Shown here: piece after piece, positions 1 to 12,368 of the stretch
Layout: each line of letters starts with the position of its first letter
Numbering within the stretch: position 1 is the first letter of the stretch
Source of the DNA: Octopus bimaculoides
Lineage: Eukaryota
Direction of reading: 5' to 3'
Assembly: GCF_001194135.2 (NCBI RefSeq)
Contig: NC_068987.1
Span: 89,119,828 to 89,166,144, forward strand
Length of the DNA: 46,317 bases
The notes under the pieces: generated by a model
What the model was told of the DNA's origin: nothing
Seen by the model: only the letters and a program-made list of their open reading frames with translations
The model's database searches: none
Translations under genes and position numbers: made by a program

Positions 1-240
1 ATTCTCAATTAATGACTTGATTTGGTCATCATCTGTAGTGGATGGTATGCCTGATCGCTCTTTATCAATAAGGCTACAATCTCCAACTCGGAACCTTGCG
101 AACCACTTCCGTACAGATCTTTCGGATAAAGAAACATTACCGTAAACTGCGCATATTTTTTTGGTTGCTTGTGAGGCATTTTTCCCTTTACGGAAAAAGA
201 AAAGCATCAAATGCCGAAAATGAACTTTCTTATCTTCCAT
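1..240 (-). CDS. Mariner (Tc1/mariner) transposase, N-terminal HTH region; runs off the left edge of the window
   Basis: Hand translation from ATG at 240 gives 80 stop-free codons: MEDKKVHFRHLMLFFFRKGKNASQATKKICAVYGNVSLSERSVRKWFARFRVGDCSLIDKERSGIPSTTDDDQIKSLIEN. This matches the mariner N-terminal pattern (FRH.ML..F..G..A..A...I...YG...LS.R....WF.RFR.G...L.D..RSGRP). It is absent from the supplied ORF track because it has no stop inside the window. Confidence 0.93.
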   Translation of the reverse strand, partial: MEDKKVHFRHLMLFFFRKGKNASQATKKICAVYGNVSLSERSVRKWFARFRVGDCSLIDKERSGIPSTTDDDQIKSLIEN

Positions 241-424
241 TTTAAAAGGTTACAGAATTAACACAGGTTATAGGAACATAAACCTTCTTCCACGAAGAGA
301 TAGCTTAAACTGTGCTCTAAATGGAAGTGTAGTCAAATCCTATTTTATGGACTCAACCATGTTCTAAAATAAGTAGAAAGCTAAGCTACTATAAATCAGC
401 ACGAACTTTCCGGACAACCTAATA
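1..424 (-). mobile_element. Mariner DNA transposon, 5' end with terminal inverted repeat and TA target site
   Basis: The minus strand reads TA|TTAGGTTGTCCGGAAAGTTCGTGCTGATTT (about 393-424), a mariner-type TIR (compare Hsmar1 TTAGGTTGGTGCAAAAGT...). It lies about 180 bp upstream of the transposase ATG. Confidence 0.88.
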
Positions 425-1262
425 TATCAATAAAATGTGTATGACATTTTCCTTCCAAACTGTTTCCGTTATTATGCATTTCGGGGATTATGCTTGTTTT
501 TAGGTACTCTCTGAAGCTAGCTGGAGTTGTCTGTAGAGTTAGATACAATTTTATTCATACAGTCTGTAAATAATTACAGTTTAGCATAAAGGAATTAAAA
601 TACACCTTACCCTAATTAAATTATTCTAAATGACTTGGGGTACTCGTTCTGCATTGTTTTTTTTTGTTTTTAATTTTCATTCTTCCTCTGATATAATATA
701 TGCCTTCTGTAACGAAGCCCTAATACGGATCCCTAGATCCTACCTTACCTGTGATCTTGGAACCAAACGGTCGACCAACTATAGCATTTACTCAGCGTAC
801 CTATTCGTTTNNNNNNNNNNNNNNNNNNNNNNNNNNNNNNNNNNNNNNNNNNNNNNNNNNNNNNNNNNNNNNNNNNNNNNNNNNNNNNNNNNNNNNNNNN
901 NNNNNNNNNNNNNNNNNNNNNNNNNNNNNNNNNNNNNNNNNNNNNNNNNNNNNNNNNNNNNNNNNNNNNNNNNNNNNNNNNNNNNNNNNNNNNNNNNNNN
1001 NNNNNNNNNNNNNNNNNNNNNNNNNNNNNNNNNNNNNNNNNNNNNNNNNNNNNNNNNNNNNNNNNNNNNNNNNNNNNNNNNNNNNNNNNNNNNNNNNNNN
1101 NNNNNNNNNNNNNNNNNNNNNNNNNNNNNNNNNNNNNNNNNNNNNNNNNNNNNNNNNNNNNNNNNNNNNNNNNNNNNNNNNNNNNNNNNNNNNNNNNNNN
1201 NNNNNNNNNNNNNNNNNNNNNNNNNNNNNNNNNNNNNNNNNNNNNNNNNNNNNNNNNNNNNN

Positions 1263-1295
1263 TATATATATATATAATGCATGTGATATTTATAG

Positions 1296-1385
<90 letters not shown>
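1263..1385. repeat. Compound microsatellite (TA)n/(AG)n/(AGAC)n
   Basis: Direct reading of the sequence. Confidence 0.95.
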
Positions 1386-2783
1386 GAATGCATAATATAT
1401 ATTATATATACGATATATGTAATATACATACATGTGCACATACGTGCATATGAAAGTGCGTGTGTATATAAACCTTTTTTCCCTGTACCTCACAGCTAAT
1501 GTCTACCTCGTACGGTGAAGTAGGACGCAACCTTAATATTTGACTTCCCTGGCAGTGCACTGCCTCTTCTTCAACAGAACTCCTGCCAAGCCGTCACGCA
1601 GTCACAAAGTGTAAATGGGTGTAGTGGAGCGTCAAAACAACTTGGCAGAGAATCTGAAAGCAGCAGTGGGCCCCAGTGATACATTATGCAGGCTTTCTCT
1701 GGTGGATGTGCTTCGACATTTATATCAATTACGTACTGCCTTGTTATTTTGTGAGTGAGCCCCAGAAGTCCGAAGGAGCTCAGTCTGTGTTGATGACGGT
1801 CAACTTTAAGGAGGTTTCTGACAGGCTAGACTTCGGGCATCGTCCTGTTGATGGGCGAAAGTACCAATCGTTTTCAGTTGCCTCTCCTGTTGTATCTATC
1901 TCTTTCACATTGAAGATTTTAGGAAGTACCCACGATATATACTTCCACTTCCGTAATTTCTTCATTCTTCAGGGTACGTAGTAGATTAGCATAAGGCATT
2001 AACAGCGTGACTCTGTGATCACCTGTGTGATTGCGTCTCCGTTGCTGTTGCTCCTTAAAGAAGGTATTCATCATAAGATGCACAGTTGAAGAAGAAGGCC
2101 ATCACTGAATTTGTTGGACAACCATAAGCAGCTAATAAAGTCTTCTGCTCACCACCTTGAGGAGTAAAAACGTGGAAAAGAAAAATGCTGTGAATGGGAA
2201 AGGAAAGGGGTGCATACATAATTTATATATATATTTATATATATATATATATATATATATNNNNNNNNNNNNNNNNNNNNNNNNNNNNNNNNNNNNNNNN
2301 NNNNNNNNNNNNNNNNNNNNNNNNNNNNNNNNNNNNNNNNNNNNNNNNNNNNNNNNNNNNNNNNNNNNNNNNNNNNNNNNNNNNNNNNNNNNNNNNNNNN
2401 NNNNNNNNNNNNNNNNNNNNNNNNNNNNNNNNNNNNNNNNNNNNNNNNNNNNNNNNNNNNNNNNNNNNNNNNNNNNNNNNNNNNNNNNNNNNNNNNNNNN
2501 NNNNNNNNNNNNNNNNNNNNNNNNNNNNNNNNNNNNNNNNNNNNNNNNNNNNNNNNNNNNNNNNNNNNNNNNNNNNNNNNNNNNNNNNNNNNNNNNNNNN
2601 NNNNNNNNNNNNNNNNNNNNNNNNNNNNNNNATATATATATATATATATACATATGCACGCGCAAAAAAAAACACGTCACACACTCAAGAACATGCACTA
2701 ATCAATCAACTTGTTCAGAGCTCAATATCAATGAACACAAACGCTACCTTACAGTTAGCGTGTTCGCGCTAGTGCGTACACGT

Positions 2784-2818
<35 letters not shown>

Positions 2819-2819
2819 T
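2784..2819. repeat. (GATA)n microsatellite
   Basis: Direct reading of the sequence. Confidence 0.95.
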
Positions 2820-2858
2820 AAAAATTGTGTTATATACTTCTATAAAATATATAAATAT

Positions 2859-2897
<39 letters not shown>

Positions 2898-4095
2898 TAT
2901 ATATATGGATATATACATACACACATATTTATACAAACATTACATACACACACACACACACATAATGTATATGTACATAATATACATGTGTGTGCGCGTG
3001 AATGTGTTAGGCATAAATAGCAGTACCAAATATGTGTAATGTACATTAAAGCGTGTGTGTGTGTTTTAAAAAGAGAAATAAATCGTCTCCCATTAAACAG
3101 CTGAGATGTGGCTGGTAATCTTCAGCTTGAAGAGAAGTGTAGTGGGTGGGGGTGGGGTGGGGCATACTACGGAGAGAAACAAGAGCGTGGAATGGTTTGC
3201 GCTATTTAGTTACGTCCCTTTAGCCTTCGAGTCGAGTTCGCACCGAGTTAGCTTTATCTCTTATCTGCTGGGTCGATAGAATCGAAGATTCCTNNNNNNN
3301 NNNNNNNNNNNNNNNNNNNNNNNNNNNNNNNNNNNNNNNNNNNNNNNNNNNNNNNNNNNNNNNNNNNNNNNNNNNNNNNNNNNNNNNNNNNNNNNNNNNN
3401 NNNNNNNNNNNNNNNNNNNNNNNNNNNNNNNNNNNNNNNNNNNNNNNNNNNNNNNNNNNNNNNNNNNNNNNNNNNNNNNNNNNNNNNNNNNNNNNNNNNN
3501 NNNNNNNNNNNNNNNNNNNNNNNNNNNNNNNNNNNNNNNNNNNNNNNNNNNNNNNNNNNNNNNNNNNNNNNNNNNNNNNNNNNNNNNNNNNNNNNNNNNN
3601 NNNNNNNNNNNNNNNNNNNNNNNNNNNNNNNNNNNNNNNNNNNNNNNNNNNNNNNNNNNNNNNNNNNNNNNNNNNNNNNNNNNNNNNNNNNNNNNNNNNN
3701 NNNNNNNNNNNNNNNNNNNNNNNNNNNNNNNNNNNNNNNNNNNNNNNNNNNNNNNNNNNNNNNNNNNNNNNNNNNNNNNNNNNNNTATATAATATAAAAT
3801 AAAAATGGATGGCACCATGAAAGAAAGTATTGAATGTATATGAAATATTGAGTGTTCAATATAAAGGATCAAATATATAAATATAAATATATAAAGGCGA
3901 CTCGAGTTTCAGGGCTATTTCCCTTCGTCATGGCCGGTATGACAGACTTTAACAGACTATATATATATATATATATATGCATGTATATGGAGATAGATGT
4001 GTATATATATATATAGATACGTGTATATGTGTGTGTTCGCATCTATACATGTATGTATATATATATGTATGTATGCATACACGTATTAAGTGTTT

Positions 4096-4097
<2 letters not shown>

Positions 4098-4128
<31 letters not shown>
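4098..4128. repeat. (AGT)n microsatellite
   Basis: Direct reading; explains the poly-S and poly-L ORFs. Confidence 0.95.
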
Positions 4129-4133
<5 letters not shown>

Positions 4134-4977
4134 CACAAAGTTTAATATTTGTGTACATACACACATGCATACATACCAATGTACGTACGTATGTATAAGC
4201 GAGTGTAAAAATGATATGAGAAACTGCTGTAGCCGTAAATCAAAATCTATCTGGATGTAACCATGGTGTTATCTCATTTCTCTCAATATCTATATTTATA
4301 TGTCGATTGTAAATTAAAGGTAAAGGTTGACTGTCAAAATTTTTGACCTTAATCTAGTTATTTTATTTTATATTTATTTTTTTGTTGTTCACATATATTT
4401 TGTTGTTCTAATATTATATAATTGTAGATGTTACCGACATTTTACTCAGATTTGCCGCAAAATGTCAAAGGTTTCTTTCTCTCTGGAGTTAATTTGCTCT
4501 CAGATAAAATGCGTGACATTTTAGTGTGTCTCTAAAATACATCTATACAATGATGTATATAATAAAACGAAAAGAGTAAATGGAAAAATCAAGAGAAAAA
4601 ACACATGTCCGAGTGTTTTCGACCTGCTAGAAATAGTTGTCAAATCTCCCTCTCAACACACCCTGTTGTCTATGGTAACATGATGCGTTGGCTGATGTAA
4701 TCCCTAGAAACACTATGTATGGAATAGAAGACGGGAAGATGGCGGCTGATAGGCTTTGATTTCTGGTCTAGTCTTCTTTGAAGAACCTTTAAACGTGCAA
4801 CTCGTTTCTCTTCTCATGTGCATTGTTTCTCTGTTGAGCTTCCTGTTTGTCTTAAATAATTTTATTCTAATAGCTTTTTTCCTAGAGCCGCTACTCTGTG
4901 AAACTTGTTACCATTATTATCTTGTGCTCTTCTTGTTTTCCTCTGATCTGTGATTGATATTCAATCCTTTAAAGTTT

Positions 4978-5192
4978 CTTATTCCTTTATTGCCCACAAG
5001 AGGCTAAACATAGAGGGGACAAACAAGGACAGCCGAAGGGATTAAGTCGATTACATCGACCCCAGTGCGTAACTGGTACTTAATTTATCTACCCTGAAAG
5101 GATGAAAGGCAAAGTCAACCTCGGCGGAATTTGAACTCTGAACTCTAAGCGTTTCGTCCGGCGTGCTAACGTTTCTGCCAGCTCGCCACCCT
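4978..5192 (-). mobile_element. tRNA-derived SINE, family A (GGATGAAAGGCAAAGTCGACCTCGGCGGAATTTGAACTC type)
   Basis: The minus strand has a tRNA-like head with a B-box (GAGTTCAAATTCC) and an A-rich 3' end. At least 10 related copies occur in the window. Confidence 0.85.
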
Positions 5193-7231
5193 TTAAAGTT
5201 TGTCTTTAAATCCTTTAAAGTTTCTGTCAATTGACGTCTTTTGAATTTTTAGGCCTCTTGTTTTTCCTTCTTTGTGGTCCCGTATGCTACTTGTGCTCTC
5301 AAGCCTTGTTTGGGAGAAAATAATATTTTAGAAAGAAAATTCTGAAGTTTGTTTATGTAGCTTTATTCAACAGTAGCCTATCTATCATAAGGGACTTGGC
5401 TATTTACCTCAAATGATGAGACTGGTAGCTAGATGTAGCAGTGAGAAACCATGGATATTTTTTTTAAATTCCAAATCACTGAAGAATCACGTTCTTCCGG
5501 GATGCGAAATTTTTTTCCCACGAGAGTTCAGGACCCCAGTTATGCACTCATTTGCATACAGCCATTCAGAACTCAACTATCAAACTAATTTATAAGCACA
5601 TAACAAGATAAGGCCGCTTGGGTAAGGAATGACCATGCTTCTTTTCTCTTTTAATAATACTTGTTGTTCTGGTTCTTTTTCCAACCGTGACTGCCTCTGC
5701 TTAGTTATGTTGTTGTTTACTTTGTAAAGCAGTAAAGGGAGAGGGTTGCTAGCACATCACCCTCTACTCACATCTTTACCATATGGGGCCCTAACAAAAT
5801 CCGATAACTAGGTATAGATACAAATCTAATTACTTGTCTCCTAAAATCAGGCATAACTTGGTGATCGGTTGACTTACAACACCGTTCTTCGTCTTGAGTT
5901 TACTTGGTAGAGTGTGTTAACTTGACAACAAGGTCGAGGTGAGGAAATTTCAAAACAAAGTTGCCAGAGAAGTAAATGGAATGAAGAAACGTTGGGGTGT
6001 TCCGAATACAGCATATTTTTTGGTTGCAAAAAATGATATTCGGGTGGAAGATCCAGTCCAGACTCTGCAGACAAAAGCAAAACAGCAACAAAACAAAACT
6101 AGTCTAAAATTAATGACTTGAAAGTTCAGTTCAGTTCAGTTCCCTCAAGATCAAGATTCTGCAGATAACCGAATGTACGTTGCCATGGTTACCAATATGA
6201 CATATACTGTCCTCAATTGTATCGATCACGCATCTTTTAATGTCTCTTCAGCCCTTTGAAGAAAGTGAAACTTCATTTTATGTTTTGGCGAATTAGAGAG
6301 GATGATGATTGTGATGATGACGATGTTGATGATGATGTCTACCAACATAAGCATGTTGTTTAGTCCCATCCTTGGCCTTGAGCAAGTACATTTATACTCA
6401 AAAGATATTCCTTCCTTTAAAAAGTGAAAGTAAATTGTCCTGAAAACGAAACTAAATTGCGATAGAAACCGGAAATGACGACAGAAGTGTTATGGATGCT
6501 CTCCAAGAAGAAACTTAGGCCACAATGTGGAACTCGTGAGGACATAGCATAATCTTCATGAGCATGTGTGGCGAAACATATTTAAAGATCGTGAAAAACT
6601 ATTCACGAATCTCATTCCATGTGTCAATGACTTATGTTTTCCCGTAATTATATAAAATATATGTATGGTTTTCAACGGTTATGTCACGCTGTTTACTTGA
6701 AATTATGGGTTGTCACTTTCGGTTTATACCGCAATTTACCTTCATTTTTTTAGAGAAATTTACTTTCACTTTTTTACGACGATAAACAACATATTAACCC
6801 ATCTTTGATTATCTCATGTTTTATTTCAGGAATTGCATACCTTGGTATACATTATCCAACGTGTCATTTCCATTTCTTAAGATGCGATAGTCTGTTTTGA
6901 GAAAGATTTGGCTGCTATTTCTGATATGCCAAGCGACCACATTGATTCCATTTTGGCTCGTGTATTTGTGTGCTATCGTGGGGGTGTTGTTATTTAATTT
7001 AAAGTCAGCTCTGATTGAGCAGACCTAAGATCGGAAGTGTGGAGGTGCATAGCTTTGTGGTCAGGGGTGATGGACGCACGATCGTAAGATTATGGTTTCA
7101 ATTCCAGGGAGGAATATATACGGCAGGGAAACCGGGAAACCGGGAAACCAGTCCTATGCCCCTTACGGACCAACGTGGACTAAGTATGATCAGAAGTATT
7201 CCAGCAATGATCATCCATCGTGTCTTTTAGA

Positions 7232-7404
7232 TGAATCTTTTCTACTCTAGCCACGAGGCCTGAAATTTTGGGGGAGGGGGCCAGTCGATTAGGATGAAAG
7301 GCAAAGTCGACCTCGGCGGAATTTGAACTCAGAACGTAAAGAATTACGAAATACCGCTAAGCATTTCGTCCGGCGTGCTAACGTTTCTTTCCAGCTCGCC
7401 GCCT
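7232..7404 (-). mobile_element. SINE family A copy
   Basis: Close match to the 4978-5192 and 33043-33270 copies. Confidence 0.85.
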
Positions 7405-8020
7405 TGTCTTTTTGATGAATCTAACACTTTTAATGTCTTGCTTTAAACAACGAGGTTTGAAAGGGAACGGAGATTTGGCTGCTAGTTTTGAATTTCTGAA
7501 AGATTGAATACATAGCCTACGTATGCAGGCTATGCAAGTGCATGCGCGTGCGCACGTGTTTATATTTGTGTGTGTGTGTGTGTTTTCCGTTCAGTTATTC
7601 TTGAGTGTGTGTGTGTGTGTCCTCTGTTACTCTTCTCGTTACATATCCATGTGTGTTTATATCAACAAAAACGTAAACGGAATAAAGGTCCCCTCACCCC
7701 GCGCTTCCCTTAATCGACCCGTTGTCTATTGGTTTCATCTACCGTTTCCTAGTCACTCTGGTGATTTCTGTCTATTTATTATATTTGACATTTGATTTTT
7801 GTCTGTCTAAAACTGTGCATGTCTAAAAGAATGCTTGTCTAACAACATTTGTTTACGGGACTGTAAACTGGTTCATGTTTGTACATGCATCCCGATGTTT
7901 GTATGGTGGGGTATTAATATATGTTTATATCTAGCCACTTATGTATACGAGTGTTTGTGTGTGTGTACACATGATTGTGTGCCTATATGCATATACATAT
8001 ACACACGCACACATAATATA

Positions 8021-8955
8021 CAGTAATACCACACTTTACGTGAACCCTGGTTTACGAGTTTTATTTTTCTGGTACAAGATCCAAATTTTGAACGAAGTGT
8101 ATAAGTTTCTACTACCATGACAACTACTTCTGCATGTTACCAAGAAATTTATAGGGAGCTATGAAACCCTTCTACTCAGCAAACAACTCTAGGCTTGTTT
8201 TTTAAAAAGAAATATGCAAGTCTGTCTACGAGTGCTTGTGAATCGGCGATCGCGTCAACAAGTGGTGTGCGCGAGTTTAGTGCGAGTGAAAGTGATTCAG
8301 AAAAGGATTATAATGTTTTTTTTTTATTATTATATATATAGGCGCATGAGTGGCTGTGTGGCAAGTAGCTTGCTTACCAATCACATGGTTCCGGGTTCAG
8401 TTCCACTGCGTGGCACCTTGGGCAAGTGTCTTCTATTATAGCCTTGGGCTGACCAAAGCCTTGCGAGTAGATTTGGTAGACGGAAACTGAAAGAAGCCCG
8501 TTATATATATGTGTGTGTTTGTGTGAATGTGTTTGTCCCCCACCATCGTTTGACAACCAATGTTGGTGTGTTCATGTCTCCGTAACTTAGCGGTTCAGAA
8601 AAAGAGCCCAATAGAACAAGTACTAGGCTTACAAAGAATAAGTCCTGGGGTTGACTTGTTTGACTAAAGGCGGTGCTCCAGCATGGCTGCAGTCAAATGA
8701 CTGAAGCAAGTAAAAAGAATAAAAGAATACGATCTTGACATTCTTTTTACTTTGCATAAAATATTCTTTACATTCTACTGTTGATTTTTGCCATTTATTT
8801 ATGAGTATTATAAATTTTACTGGTAAAATATTTTTCTGGAAACAAATTACGATTTATAACATTGCTATTATGAGAAATTATTGCTCTGCTTTGCGAGTTT
8901 TCACTTTATGAGCGGTCTCTGGGAATAAATTAACTCGTATATCGAAGCATTACTT
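8021..8955. mobile_element. Tigger/pogo-like DNA transposon remnant interrupted by a family B SINE
   Basis: The left end is TA|CAGTAATACCACACTTTACG. The right end, reverse-complemented, is TA|AAGTAATGCTTCGATATACG (13/20 identical). TA flanks and a CAGT terminus are pogo/Tigger hallmarks. Confidence 0.5.
8341..8729 (+). mobile_element. tRNA-derived CORE-like SINE, family B, near full length
   Basis: Head TGGCTGTGTGG...GGTTCAGTTCC, CORE-like GGCACCTTGGGCAAGTGTCTT, internal (TG)n/(TA)n and an (AAAAGAAT) tail. More than 15 copies occur in the window. Confidence 0.85.
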
Positions 8956-9485
8956 TATACAGATATATTTACACACATACACACATACACACATACTCAC
9001 ATACACACTCACACACATACACACAGACATACACACTGAGACATGCCAAGTTATAATAAAAACAACTTAAAATTAAACTGGAAGATTACTCAATACTTTT
9101 AGTAGAATACATAGACTTTTGGTGACAGTAACTTTGAAGTTTCAGCCTGCTAACCTTCATCAGACACACACATACTCATGTATGAGTATGTATGTGTTTT
9201 GTATGTGTGCGTACATATAAGCTCAGGCATGGCTGTGTGGTAAGAAGCTAACTTCCCAGCCACCGGTCTCACTGTGTGACACCTTGGGCAAGTGTCGTCT
9301 GCTATTGCCTCAGACCGACGAAAGCGACCTGAGGCAATAGCAGACAGATTTGGTTGTTGGAAGCTGAAAGAAGCCCATCATGTGTGTGTGACTGAAACCA
9401 TTTACACATAAATATATACATAACAACCCCTCTCTCTCTTTTTGTCTGTCAATCACTCACTAAAAAAACGAAATTTAAAAAATCT

Positions 9486-9489
<4 letters not shown>

Positions 9490-9572
<83 letters not shown>
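9490..9572. repeat. (CT)n microsatellite
   Basis: Direct reading; source of the SLSL and RERE ORFs. Confidence 0.97.
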
Positions 9573-9577
<5 letters not shown>

Positions 9578-9749
9578 TCTCTCTCCCTCTCTTCACACAC
9601 ACTAACAAAACAACTTCTCATGCACATTACACTTTCTGTGTTGCACACCCCATCAAACACGCACGCACACACACACACACACACATACACATAGGGTGTG
9701 CAACACAGAAAGTGCAGTGTGTATGAAAAGTTGTTTTGTTAGTGTGTGT

Positions 9750-9784
<35 letters not shown>

Positions 9785-10089
9785 TAGATAGCAGATTTTT
9801 TTTATTTCCTTTTTTTTAGTGAGTGATTGACAGACAAAAAGAGAGAGAGGAGTTGTTATGTATGTATGTGTGAATGGCTTCAGTCACACTCACACACACG
9901 AACATGTATGCGTACAAAAAACATGTAATGCAATAAGTGTATGTACATACTTGTATGTATGTGTGTCGCCCATATATATNNNNNNNNNNACTTCTGCTGA
10001 TCAAACTCCCAACCCATGCGTTCCTGTCACGACACTGATTCTGCAGAACTGCGTTGGGTGTGAAAACCAACTTTAAAGTATAAATATAG

Positions 10090-10574
10090 ACGTTTTTGAA
10101 TCAGCAGTGTTGTGTTCGGTTAAGTCCTATTTGGAGTGAAAAATCAATAATCTGATTCCTTATGGGGTTTTCCATTTAATCAGGATTTTAAAAAATCGAT
10201 AAACTGAATCCTTATAGGATTTCCCAATAAAATTGGCTACACCCCATTTTCAACCATAACTTTGACCAAATTTGATGTATTTTGTTCAAACTTGATGCCA
10301 CCATTACTTAGGAATCATGGGATCTTTAAATGCTGTAAGTTCTCCAGAACGAAAGAAAAAAAAAATCGATGAGTGGAAAAAATCAATAAACCAATTCCTT
10401 ATGGGATTTCCCAATCAAGTTGTCTGCAACTCATTTTCAGCCAAAAGTTTACCAATTTCAACGGATTTCACTCAAATTTGACGTCGATGTTACTTAGTTT
10501 GGTTTGAAATAAAGAATTTGATTAGCTTAATAATCCTAAGTTAATCCCGGGCAAAGTCAGGCTATACTGCTAGT
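10090..10574 (+). mobile_element. Non-autonomous Helitron/Helentron-like element with internal sub-repeats
   Basis: Three related ~45-bp units (AAAAATC(A/G)ATAA...TCCTTAT(G/A)GG...TT(T/C)CC) start near 10139, 10190 and 10377. The 3' end is CCCGGGCAAAGTCAGGCTATACTGCTAGT: a GC-rich imperfect hairpin followed by CTAGT, as in Helitron termini. The 5' boundary is uncertain. Confidence 0.55.
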
Positions 10575-11851
10575 ACATATATATAATTGATGAGGGAAAC
10601 AGAAAATGGATTTGGTACAAATAAAGATTCATAGCAAATCCATTTTCTATTTCCGTCATCAATTATAAACTAAACAAACACTGCAGAATTCCCGATGTAG
10701 ATCCAATGAAAATGATAATTGTGGATGACATCAGGTAACCCAACCAGTGAATGTGCTTTAATTGGTATACTACTAACTATATACCCAAAGTCCAAATAAT
10801 TACTTATATATATATATATATAGGGATCTCTTACTTTAAATCAAAACCTTGTTATTATATTGAATTATACTTGTTTTTATGGACCCAGTTGTGTATTAGA
10901 GGACCACTGAATATAGATCAATGATCCCTTGGGATATGATGGAGGTAATGAGGCCCGTCAGCATTGGTTCAGTTTGCTAGAAATTTATTCCACCAGAGTC
11001 CAATTATAATTTTTGAAACAGATATTGTTATATTTCAGGATGTCTTTTTTTTTTTTTGTGCCAAATAAACACACACACTGTATATTCATTCTTCACATCA
11101 GCTTTATTATTGATCTTATTTTAGAGTCCTAAAATAAGAACAGGATGTGTGACGAAAGATTTCAGACAAAGGACACTTAAATAAGGATAATAATAAAGTT
11201 GAAGTGAAGAACAAATGTGTTGTGTGTGTGTTTATTTGACAAAAAAAAAAATTGCCATCCCAAAATATAACAATACCAATTATAATTATTTTCATGAATC
11301 CTACTATGTATTTGAAGGGACAATATATATACAGGGGCACCTTAACACAAGAGTGTGGAGCACACAAGATAGTCATTATTGCTCAATAAATATTCCACTG
11401 AAGAGTCAAATTATGAATACAAGCAGACAAGGCCACATCGAGTAATGGGAAAAAAGAAAAAAACTTGCACCAGTTTGTTTATTGTTGGTAAATGGTTTAT
11501 TTTTATGCATTCAACTGCATGTTTGAAGGACTATTGTATAGAGTGAGTGACATCGAAATTAATACAAAAGTTCTACTGTTTGTTATTTTATTTGTTGTTT
11601 TGTTGTTTCTTTATTTTGGAGGTGATGTGTCGGAGCCATTAAAAGTCAGCAGAAGTATGTGTGTTTGTGTGCAATTTTTACACTCACTTGTCTATGTGTA
11701 AATCTATGTACGACGTGTATTATTATAAGCATGTGTGCATGTGTGTGTGCCTGAATTTTGTAGGTATAGTTTCTTACTCATAAATGGCAAGACCTCTTTT
11801 GAAAGTGCTAGTATAATAATGGGGGTCTAAGTGAGACAGAAGGCTCAGTAT

Positions 11852-11990
11852 TTTAAAGGGGATGCATTAGTCAATACCTTCAACCCCAATACTTGATTGG
11901 TACTTCATTTTAGGATGAAAGGTAAAGCTGACCTCGGCAGGATTTGAATTCAGAACATAAAGAGCCGGAAGAAATACTACAAAAGCATTT
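11852..11990 (-). mobile_element. SINE family A copy, degenerate
   Basis: Contains GGATGAAAGGTAAAGCTGACCTCGGCAGGATTTGAATTCAGAAC. Confidence 0.75.
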
Positions 11991-12153
11991 TCCCCCAATT
12001 CTTCTGTTTTGAGACTTCTAAGGGTCAGATTCTAAGAAAAGTACATAAGATAAGACATTTTATTGTGATAATGCATGGCCTAGTCTAAAATCAAGGAACT
12101 CTCATGCAGACAAACAGAATTTGAATTTTAGTACTAAATAGATTGGATCCACC

Positions 12154-12368
12154 TTAACCCATTGGTATTTATGCCAGTCATAGCTGGCCCAAATATTCTA
12201 CCTGTTTTATGTTGAAAACTGTCCAGATCTGGCCTCTCACCTATCCTACTATGAACAATCACATCATTGAAATCTGAAAGCTATGAGATGTAGCATGATT
12301 AATTCAAAACAATATGAATAAATAAGCATTACATTTGACGGAGTAATCCGAATGCAAATGGGATTTAA
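12154..12368. mobile_element. piggyBac-type MITE (uninterrupted copy)
   Basis: TTAA|CCCATTGGTATT ... AATGCAAATGGGAT|TTAA, i.e. TTAA flanks with imperfect CCC/GGG termini. It is homologous to the interrupted copy at 16511-17398. Confidence 0.6.

Noticed and set aside
1500-2170. GC-richer segment possibly from an RTE-type LINE (GLLLQLC..MNTFFK on the minus strand)
   Set aside because: The motif resemblance is weak and split across frames; it cannot be supported without a profile search.
630-3872. Long ORFs of 150-217 aa in the ORF track
   Set aside because: They are made of X residues from N-gaps plus (TA)n translation. The same applies at 23404-23927, 24836-25233, 32127-32546, 35682-36401 and 41575-42021.
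5550-5557. Octamer ATTTGCAT as an snRNA distal element
   Set aside because: No snRNA sequence or PSE was found nearby, and a single 8-mer is expected by chance.
6010-6028. GCAACCAAAAAATATGC shared with the mariner ORF
   Set aside because: A short A-rich match with no flanking similarity; treated as coincidence.
10687-10944. Two small plus-strand exons giving IPDVDPMKMIIVDDIRSMIPWDMME
   Set aside because: Donors are plausible, but the acceptors lack pyrimidine tracts and the peptide is unrecognised.
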